Assembly: GCF_006345805.1 (NCBI RefSeq) | Contig: NC_043003.1 | Span: 7,068,001 to 7,132,000 of the forward strand | Reading direction: 5' to 3' | Source: Octopus sinensis | Lineage: Eukaryota | DNA: 64,000 nt | Shown here: piece by piece, positions 36,095 to 46,200 of the stretch | Layout of the letters: the number at the start of each line of letters is the position of its first letter | How positions within the stretch are numbered: the stretch's first letter is position 1 | Position numbers and translations under genes: made by a program | Notes under the pieces: generated by a model | Database searches by the model: none | What the model was told of the DNA's origin: nothing | The model's input: the letters and a program-made list of their open reading frames with translations, nothing else

Positions 36095-37486
36095 GCCATA
36101 GGTGTTACAGTGTTTGTTGGTCGCATATAAATCAATAAAATACATTTGAATATAGCGCCAAACCATTTTAAGAGTTACTTTGACACGTCCAGGTCAAAGT
36201 CGATCGAAACGTACGGCCTTAAGAGAATTGCCGAATTGTTGTAATACTTTCATTCAAACTTCGTTGAATTTTATGATTGATTTTGTATAGGGCTTTATGA
36301 TTCCAAACATTCGGTACTAATTGAGAACAGTGGTCCCGGTGCGCGCACTCGCGTTAGCTAGTCATGACTAGTCGATCCTTACTTTGTGTTTTTGTGTTAT
36401 TTACTTTGTTTAACAAAAAATATTTATTTTGTGTTTTATTTACTTTGCTATGTAGTCGTTGTAGGATCGAATAGTCACGACTAGCTAGCGCGGATGCGCG
36501 ACTACGCGCACCGGGACCTCTGTTCTCAAGTAGTACCCAAATATTCAATAAAAATTCAACTGCCTCATGTCGGGGGAAAAATACCGATTAACCAAAATAC
36601 CTCCATAGTTAACTTTGTAAATCTCACATAATTTATCGAGTCGGGGATAGTGGGACAACCTTGGCTGTAATGCTTTCTAATTTAGGCACAAAGTAACTTT
36701 GAGGGGAGGGTTAAGTGGATATCATCGCCCCAGTACTCGAAGGGTACTTTATTTTGTCAACCCCGATGAGATGAAAGGTAAAGTTGACGCCGACGGGATT
36801 TGAACTCAGAATGTAAAGTGCTGAAAGAAATAATGTTTTGCATTCGGGTATAAGTAAAACCTACTTAGAAGGAAGCAGAGCCAAGATGTGAGATTCCAGT
36901 ATTAAGCAATACAATGACTGATATTCTACGGAACCGTGTGGTGGGTGAAAGAGGTGGAATGTAGTTTCATTATACCAAAATACCAATGATGAAATAGCGA
37001 AGACGATTAGCAATATCAAATTGTTGCAGCCACCACATTTATAAACTATATAACACACTTGTACCTGTTCTGCCAAACTTCGGACTTCATCATAACTTAA
37101 TAAAGGGGACAGGAGGTCCTAAGAACCACTTTGCCTCAGAAAGTAAAGTTTAACTTTAACGTCCCTTCAAAGAGTGTCCCGCGCCGTACTTTCTATCAAT
37201 GTTATTAATATACAAAAACAAGACCATACTTTGTGGAATAACCCCCAATATATTTGCTAATTGTTCGTTATATTGATATAAACATATACAATGCCTACTA
37301 TAGCCTTGTATCCGTCAAACGATACTGTAATAATATCGATAATCGATTATTTAATAAAGTAAAACAAATTAACCCCATATAAGTTAAAAACAACATACAT
37401 ATACGTGTTTGTGTGTGTATGCTCTTAAATAGTATCGTATGTTTTTACAATTAAGCAACATTGAGTGTGAATAAGTAATTTTTTAC

Positions 37487-37590
37487 CGTAATTATCTGAA
37501 CGACAGATCGCCTTGCAAGTTGTCTGAATGAATCAATATTTGTAATGAATGAGGAAACGGAAGTGTGACGAAAATGGCGCCAAATTATTC
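37487..37590 (-). promoter_or_regulatory. Putative Ku70 TSS region / non-coding first exon (YY1-like CGCCATTTT, ETS-like CACTTCCG, candidate donor ACG|gtaaaa at 37486)
   Basis: The ATG exon is preceded by an acceptor at 35394, so an upstream UTR exon is required; motif cluster at 37558-37579. Confidence 0.45.
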
Positions 37591-38256
37591 AACATAAAAC
37601 TTGATTTTCAAACTTCGTTGCCTGTCTTTTCAATCATATTTTATTTAATATTCCGGATCTTTTCAATAGATATCTCCGACAGTCAAATGTCTGGTGTCTA
37701 TTCTATAAATAGTACTTTACTTATATACGAAGCGTCGTTATATTTTGCGAATAAGACAATTACTCCGTCTCTGTTATTAATGAAAGGGATAATAATATTA
37801 TTAAGAAAAATATGAAAGATAATACATACTTGAAGCTGGGATGGATTTATATCAAATTTAATTCATTAAATAGAATATTTTTTATACTTTCTACTTTCGG
37901 GCCATTTCTATTTTATGTAAAATATCTCGTTGCTTTAAGAATGTAATTTAGAAATGTATATGGATAATAAAAATACAAAATGAGTCAAAAGGCACGCACT
38001 GCTACAGAATACTGTATTTCCCTCTAACGCAGTGTTATTGCGGGTGATCTTGTGGTTAAAGTATAGGAACAACCAAACACCCGCACGGGCCACCCTTGAT
38101 ACTTCACTTCAGTATGATGAGATGCCAATGATTTTTAAAACTTCGTTTCCTCGAATGTCACCAGTAAACATTTCAATATGCGTACATACATAAACACACA
38201 CACATACATATATACATAAACATACATCTGAGGACAAAGAAATAAGAACCAACAGT

Positions 38257-38680
38257 ATGGTAGAAGCCATAGCCACTCATAATAAAAAGAAGTACAGGTG
38301 GAATGTCTCAGTGAAAACCTCAATAAAATGTAAGCACAACAGACCTGATATAATGATTTGGGATAGAGAAGAGAAACTTTGCACAGTTGTGGAAATTAGC
38401 TGCCCAGCGGATGTTAACATAAAGCTGAAGACCAGTGAAAAAGAGAACACTCTTGCTGAACTATTGAGAAATCCAAAGTTACTCTATCCAGATCACAAGT
38501 TCAGGTTTATACCTGTAATTATTGGAGCACTGGGATATGTAACACACTGCCTAAATACCAATCTTTAGAAATTAGGCTTCTGAAAATCAGAAAGGAGAAA
38601 GCCAATTCGAAGACTACAGATCCAATCCATTACTGGAACTGTAAAAATCTGTAAAACTTTCCTGAAGTTTGTCATTCAAG
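38257..38680 (+). mobile_element. R4/Dong-clade non-LTR retrotransposon 3' end (restriction-like endonuclease domain)
   Basis: HNRPDIMIWD...VVEISCP...IPVIIGALG...TGTVKICKTF with in-frame stops. Confidence 0.85.
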
Positions 38681-39941
38681 TATATATGAGCTTGTCTTAA
38701 TATATAAGTATATGCACAAGAATACATACATGAAACAAAATGTATAAATCTGCACATATACATAGAAAAATACCCTGTTGTTGATGTTGAAATTCCAATA
38801 AGAAACCAGCTCTTTCTCTATTGGCTTCAGTAGAAAAAACTTGCCCCAAATGCCATGCGTTGGGACTGATCCTGCCACCTTGTGGATGAGAAGCAAACTT
38901 CTTATCACATGGCCGAACCTGTAGCTGTAATTGGAGAAATTGATTGTGTTGATTTGTTAGAAGCATTATTACAATGGCTCATGTGATTGAGTGTGCCTCT
39001 ACAAAAGACAGGAAAACTGTTATTATCATTTGCAGTCATGTCGAGCTTAACATGTTGAATGAGCAAGAGTAATAAGTGGAGAGGACAGAATTATCTTCAA
39101 CAATATTAATAACATCAAACATTTTTATTTACATCATCATCATCAATATTTACTGCCTGATTTCCATGCTGGCATGGGTTGGACAGCTTGGCAGGAACTG
39201 GTAAGGTCAGGGGCTGCACCAGGTTCCACTGTCTGTTTTGGCTTGGTTTCCACAACTTGATGTCCTTCCTAATGCCAACCACTTTACAGAATGTACTGGG
39301 TGCTTTTTATGTGGCACCAGCACCCACATCAATGCTTTTTACATAGTACCTTGGTTTTAGGATCCCTATACTCTATTATGAAACCTTCTGACATTTTTCC
39401 AGTCAATCAACTTCAATCCTACTTTTGGAATGCTGTTGCAGACAAATCGAAAAGTTAAAATTTTTGCACATAAAAGTCTCATGGAATGTTGTAAAACATT
39501 TTAGCATAGAGTACGTGATCATAAGCTCTGCGCTCTAACCACTGGGCCATGTGTCTTCACAGAGGTAGTCTATATAATTTTCATAATTGATATCTTCTTC
39601 ATTGACACTCATAAGGAGGAAGAACAAAGTCAGCTAAAGCAGGATTCGAACTTATGAGTGAGAAATTCCAAAATCAAATATCATGAAACCCATCTGTCTC
39701 ATGTCTTTGACTGAAATGGCTGAGTACATGACTAGTGCTTATTTTATCAGCTGCCACTTCTTTGTCTTCCTGTTATAAGGATAAAATAAACAATAACTTT
39801 ATAAAGTGATGGTGCTATTTTAGTGTGTTGGTTACTGCAGTACCCAAGGTCTACACTTTGAAGTGAACTGATCCAGATTAGGAATAGGGTTTGTGCTTAT
39901 GGTTAGGGGTTAGGGTTTAGAATAAGGATTAGAGTTTACAG

Positions 39942-40330
39942 AGGTCCTCTCTCAAGCTGATCTGCCAAGCATTTACACACAGCTGAAGAGAGTGCAAGTC
40001 AGATGGGCTAGATATCTTGTTCGAATGCCTGACACAACTCAAAAGACTTCTTCAAAACAGCAAACTGATAGAAGGCAAGAGCATGCAAGGCAGAGGGGGA
40101 AAAATGCTTCAAAGATACATTCAAAACCTCACTGAAGAGCTTTGAGATCTACCCTGACACCTGAGAAGTGCAAGTACAAGCTGCAGCAACTGAGGTGCAA
40201 GGGCACAAAGAAAACACGAACTACGCAAGTCCAGAGCTAACTTCTTGCCTTCAGTTCCAGTAAACCACAAGGAGCCTGATCTGTGGTACAGCCTTCCAAC
40301 CATGCATTGGGCTTGTAGTGGCACAAGCAG
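39942..40330 (+). mobile_element. Degenerate RTE (BovB-like) LINE 3' fragment
   Basis: EVLSQADLPSIY..LKRVQVRWA.YLVRMPD, FKDTFKTSLKSF and a CG..F...IGL zinc-finger-like tail across frameshifts. Confidence 0.75.
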
Positions 40331-42390
40331 TCAGTGCCATATTGGATGAGATCTTGCAGCAGCCAATGCCATCTCCGAGACTGGAACAAGACCTCACCTG
40401 CATCCATTCGCCATGCGCGAGATCACAACAAGGCTCACGATGGAAAACTCTTTATAAAGGGATAATCCGATCTCTCTTTTTGGCACCACCTCTCAGCAGC
40501 ACTGACAGAAAACCACCACTGGCTGAGGCTTTCCGCATGTGTATCTCCAGAGGCAATGTGCCTGCACTAACGGAGCTACTACACAACACACACAGCTTAA
40601 GATGGTTGCTGAGAGCAGCACACTTCACCAATCCTGTAAAACCCTGTAAATATACCAGTAGTAAATAGCATTTGTACTTGAAATTTTCTCTCTTTGCCTG
40701 CCAGAAGCCTGAACTACACAAAGAACAAAAAGCCTTGTCTTCCATCATAGGCTGATTGGTCACAGCTGGACACACTGTGCCCCATTTTCTCCTATGTGAT
40801 GTTCTTGATGTAAACAACGACAGACGAGCTAATGATAGAGTTAGGGTCGGGATTAGACTGCATGCTCAAGCGTAAACAGCTAGGTAGACCACATGCTGAA
40901 GTGGCACCAAAGTAATTCTAGTGGATTTGAACACTCCACCAGAAGTTCTGTCCCTATGTGATAAAGGGTCCGTCCACTTCGTATTATTCTGGAAGTAACT
41001 TTATTAGTTCGTATCAACAGAAACTAAAAACGTAGTGATGTGGGGGAAGGAAAGGAAAATATTTGCAATTGAGATTGGTCAAACTTTCAAGAATTTCGCA
41101 GGATTGGAGTTAACTAAGAGCAAGCTAATTTTTCTGTTGTAACCAAGTGCTATCTCAAGGCACGAGCACATTGGGCAGTTGACCGAGGGCCCCATTATGA
41201 TCTATGTATGATGTGGTTAAATGTCAGTAAATAAATACTATAGGGCCCAGTGCAGTGAATTGCTCCGGGGCCCCTATAATGGTAACCAATGCACATTTAA
41301 TATATGATTGTCTTTGAAAAAGGTATAAACGTAACCAATTTCGTCCACTTTCTTCCATGAAACAAATTAATATCGGGTGAAGAAATTGACTAGAAGTTCC
41401 ATAGACATTTCAGATTGGCGTACGTTCCATTCCAATAAGGCCTAGTTTGAAATAATAATATAATTGTAAATATATAGGAAGGAAAATTCTAAGTAGTTTC
41501 TCTGTAGAAAATGAAAATATTTCTCAGTAATAACTATGTTTATAAAATATTTGTTAATGGATCCGATAGAAATACGTTTCGGAATTCTCATGTTTCATAA
41601 CTTTTGTAAGTTTCCCTAATAAATGACATTTCTATGTTTTCTAATTACAGTCTATGCTGTTTATTGAAATAAATCTATTCGTTTACCTATTTCTACTAGA
41701 AAAGTATTAACCTCATCTCATGTTGCTGAAATTAACTTTATACAATGTTTTCGAACGTTAGTTGTTTAGCCCCGGGTTAACCTCGATCGAGCAGATCTAT
41801 GATCAAAAGCACTCCATCCGTGACAGCCACGTCTTTTCCCTATAAGTATGGTGTCCGGCTCTGTCTTTAAAAGGACGCATTAGGTTTCCTTTTTTTTTGT
41901 AAAGACAGATTGGTATAATTTGAGGGAGATTTAGCTGTTACTACCAACAGGTTGAACGACTACATAGAGACCCCTTTGTTGGTTCGTGACATATCAGTTT
42001 GTCATATTTGTTGGTGGAAGAAAGGAAGAAGAAATGCAAAGAAAGAACAAATCTTTAAATAAGTGTGAGTTCTTTTCAAGAAACCAATTACTATATTACA
42101 TATGGCATAACAATATTCAATATATGGCAAAATAATACGTATCGATTAGTGATTAATAATAATAATGATGATAATTCGTTCGTTTATTGGTCACAAGGGG
42201 CTAAACATAGAGGGGACTAACAAGGACAGACAAAAGGATTAAGTCGATTACATCGACCCCAGTGCATAACTAGTACTTTACTTATCGACCCCGAAGGGAT
42301 GAAAGGCAAAGTCGACCTCAGCGGAATTTGAACTCAGAACGTAATAACATATCGACTAATTAATATATATGTGTGGATATATGTTTATGC

Positions 42391-42435
<45 letters not shown>

Positions 42436-42480
42436 TATGTATATATATATATATGCATATGTATATATATATATATATGC

Positions 42481-42532
<52 letters not shown>

Positions 42533-42610
42533 GTGTGTGTGTGGTGTGTGTGTGTGTGTGTGTGTGCGTGCGTGTGTGTGTGTGTGTGAAAGAAAAAGGT
42601 GTTCAGAATG

Positions 42611-42643
42611 CTGATGAAACTACAGGAGTAGTTGAAAGCGCTA
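42611..42643 (+). ncRNA. Hammerhead-like core lacking a proper helix I
   Basis: CTGATGA-AACTAC AGGA GTAGTT-GAAA-GCGC-TA; palindromic helix III (AGCGCT) but flanks do not pair at the junction. Confidence 0.45.
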
Positions 42644-42770
42644 ATATGAAGAAATAAATATATATTTTTACAACCATCCACCATTCTGAACACCTTTTTT
42701 CTTTCATACGTATTAAACCTGTACATCACCCCCCCAATACTTCTAACACACACACACACCACACACATAT

Positions 42771-42811
<41 letters not shown>

Positions 42812-43046
42812 CGGAGTAAACACAAATGTGAAACAAGGTGGAAAAAAGAGTACTCAAATACCAGTGGTAGAGTAATATGCTTTATTTAAAGTAGCAGAAA
42901 ATTCAACAAAACCTGTTACTCTGAGTTTCAGAGTAACAGGTTTTGTTGAATTTTCTGCTGCTTTAAATAAAGCATATATATATATATATATACATATATA
43001 TATCATTTGTAACATCTGATCAAGAAATGAAAGCTATTGTGACGAG

Positions 43047-43132
43047 ACCGGAATTTTTCTCAAGACGGTACACAACGAAATGGGAGACCGCAAGCGAAGA
43101 GCGCATGCGTACCTCCATCCAAGCCGCCATCT
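43047..43132 (+). promoter_or_regulatory. DDB1 core promoter motif cluster (ETS-like ACCGGAAT 43047, NRF-1-like GCGCATGCGT 43101, YY1-like GCCGCCATCT 43123)
   Basis: Housekeeping-type motifs in a CpG-containing island 75-160 bp upstream of the ATG; motif identity from known consensus, function inferred. Confidence 0.55.
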
Positions 43133-43206
43133 AAGATTTTGTTTTGTAAAAAGCTCGGAACCGTTTGTCTTTGTCGGAGAGAAAAAGTTAGGCTGGAACC
43201 ACAATC

Positions 43207-43267
43207 ATGTCGTACAATTATGTGGTAACCGCTCACAAACCTACGGCAGTCAATGCCTGTGTCACTG
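43207..43267 (+). CDS. DDB1: DDB1 exon 1 CDS ([21 protein letters not shown])
   Basis: ATG 43207, donor gtaaga 43268. Confidence 0.97.
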
Positions 43268-46200
43268 GTAAGAAAAAGCATCAACAACAAATTTTCCAGA
43301 AGCAAAAAACAAGCACACACCTCTTAAGATATTTCTCTGTTCAGATGTGAGATTGTGTCTCTTGTGTTTGATGATGTCTTGAATAAATTTCCCGCTGCTC
43401 CCTCCTGCTCCTAACCACAAAATACCCTGGCCCCTAGCCCTTAGAACTCACTAAATTCATACGAAAACAATTACTGCTAAAAGAGATAAGATTCATTAAA
43501 TTCTTTCCATATTTTGCAAACAAAAAAAAAAAATGTTTCTCTTTAATTTTGTTTTATTTCTTAACATTTGTTTAATTATATTTCTGTAATTTCAAAATTC
43601 GTTAAATTGTTTACATTTATATATATATTTAATTATTATTTCGTAATTTTTCCAATTCATTAAATTTAAAGAAGTAAAAAATCTCTAATGAACCGAGACT
43701 CCAATGAACCGGTTTCGATTCCCGGTTGAGAACCATTTCACTTGGTTCTTTTACCCTTTAAAGCAGTCCTGATCTTCGTTCTTTTAATTTGAAAATACCA
43801 ATTTGCAGGAAATGGCACATTTTCAAATTATTAAAACGCGCCGAAGCATGTAAATATTGTGCATCTTCTCAATGGGAAAAACACGATGCATTTCTAAGGA
43901 CACTTGGAACCGCATTTTCTCAACAAATTTGGTTATGTGCACTTTTATGTCAATAGAAAGCCTTAAGTTTTTGTACATACCCGTCAGTAAGCTTTGATTC
44001 AAGTCTAGATTTCATTAATTTTTTCACTTTAAGGTTGTATTCATTTACTTAAAAGGTCCGCCACGGATAGAGACCTTTTAGCTGCTTTAAAACTTTTGAG
44101 AAAAGCAAGAACGCCAAATGATCCCGTTTCTCGACTCTGATAATAGAGAAAAACAAAATAATGATGGCAATAAGATTGTTTTTTCTGTCTTAAAGATAAA
44201 TTTCGTATGAGTTTGGTGAGTTATGTATTAAGATAGACAAGCACTTGGTGAGATAATAGATCACTATGTTTATTAACAACTTCTATATTGCACAACTATT
44301 TCTATACAAATAACTGAAGTTCATTCATTTGTTTTATTTAACAAGCACCTTTTCGTGCACTCAACACGTTTTATATGTAGATTTAAGTTTCGGAAAACTA
44401 AAATTATACTACTTTTTCTTTGTTTTGCGAACATTAAACCGTCCCTGTTATTTATATTTTGTAAACAATTTCGATCTATGTATGGGTTTAGTTGTCTCTC
44501 TTGGAACCCCGATGTTGCACCTTGTAAAGGTGTGTTTGGAATTTATGTTTAACTCACTACACAGACTCTGATTTTCCTATTATAAATATCGAAGATCGTT
44601 GACTGTATATTTTTTTTCAAATATATTCGATCATCTCCACTCGTAAACATATTTTTCGCTATGACCTCCATTGTGTACGTCTGTATATTATTTATAGAAA
44701 TGTCCTGCTTGTTTTTTCGTTCGTAGGTTTTGATTCAAAGTAAATATAACTTCAAAAATTACCGAGATGATTTCAGAAATTAAAGGAGGACTAAATCCCC
44801 ACCTTGCAAAGTTCTGATAACAATTAGATATTTCAAAAACATAAAAAAAAAAATGCGGTACGATTTTTGTACGTACATAAATATGTACAGCAGAAGTTTA
44901 AAACATAAACTCTCAGCAATCTATAATGTCTATCATATTTTGATTTACATCTACAGTAGAAAGAAGTAAAACACAACCCAATACATTAAAAGTTACGAAC
45001 AATATTAAAAAAAAACATAATCTCCATTCATTCATTCGTTTTCTTTTCCCACTAACGTTTTAATTTTATTTTTCAAATTTACCTCACGTGTGTTTATCGG
45101 TACGAATTTACAGAAAATGAATGCCCTTATTTATATTCTGAATAAGCCCCTTGCATTTTGTCCTTTTTACTCTGTTTATATTTTCAGTATTATTATTATT
45201 GTTGTGAGGGAATTTACCAGCAAATAGTCATTATTTTTCTTTATACAAACATTATTCCTTATGCAGCTTTCTTTCAGATTTCTAGGAGTCGAGAAAAATA
45301 TCTTGTATCATTACTATTGCGAGTAGTTCAGTAAGTTTGAGGCTTGTGGGCATAGATTGATAATATTTTTACGTTTAAGTTCTTGCCATTTAGTAGATAA
45401 ATTGCTTTCTTAATGAAAACGTTTGCAAATTTATAGTTGAGAGGAATGAGAGCGTGGAATCTTGTTACTTTTCTAGAAGGTGAGAATGCCTTAACAGTAA
45501 ATACGTTTTTGAGTTCAATTTTAAGTTACTTGTCCTCATCCTGGTTCGCACACATGCTGAGCAACAACAATACCAGTTTCTACTCTCCCCGCAAATTTAT
45601 GGTTTCGTGTCATTGCGAAATACATGCGTTATATCATCTAAGAAGTTCGGCGGACGACAGCTGAATCAATATTACTAACATAGACCACTACAAGTAATCT
45701 CACATTCCAGATTCTATTCGGAATGGAATCGTCGCTGGGGAGGAGAGGACAGAATATGTACTAGTCAAATACTGGGGTCTTTTTAAATGATTATGCAATC
45801 CCCTACTCAATGCTTTCTGTTTATATATATATATATATAACGGGAAGCTTTATGAAAATAAACAAAAGACGAAGGCAGGTGGAATACAAACAAACAATTG
45901 ATATATATATATGTTAGAAGTATTAGGGTTGATGTACAGATTTAATACATATAAACGAAAAAGGTGTTCAGAATGCTGGATGGTTGTAAAAATATATATT
46001 TAGAAATAATATGTGATATGTAAATAAATGTATATTTTTACAACCATCCAACATTCTGAATACCTTTTTCTTTCACACACACATATATATATATATATAT
46101 ATAGTTCAGGTGAACTCTTATTGAGCAGGTGGTCGTGTGGCTGGAATGGTACTACCGGGTTACGTCCCTTTACATTCGGAGTTCGAAATCCGACCGAGGT

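Noticed and set aside
36170-36215. GAAACGTA after a hairpin (also 41570-41600 on the minus strand)
   Set aside because: No CUGANGA core and no convincing helix I.
37549-37815. ORF starting at the promoter motif cluster
   Set aside because: AT-rich, non-protein-like sequence; the ATGGCG is better explained as a YY1-like motif.
39898-39920. Interstitial telomeric repeat
   Set aside because: Only 2-3 imperfect TTAGGG units (another single-unit echo at ~40840); too short to call.
40318-40817. Overlapping 116-aa (+) and 121-aa (-) ORFs as an intergenic gene
   Set aside because: No splice context or recognisable domain; abuts a degenerate RTE fragment. A blastx would be needed to exclude it fully.
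37590-43040. Compact bidirectional promoter for Ku70/DDB1
   Set aside because: The putative TSS regions are ~5.5 kb apart, with separate motif clusters and TE-filled spacing.
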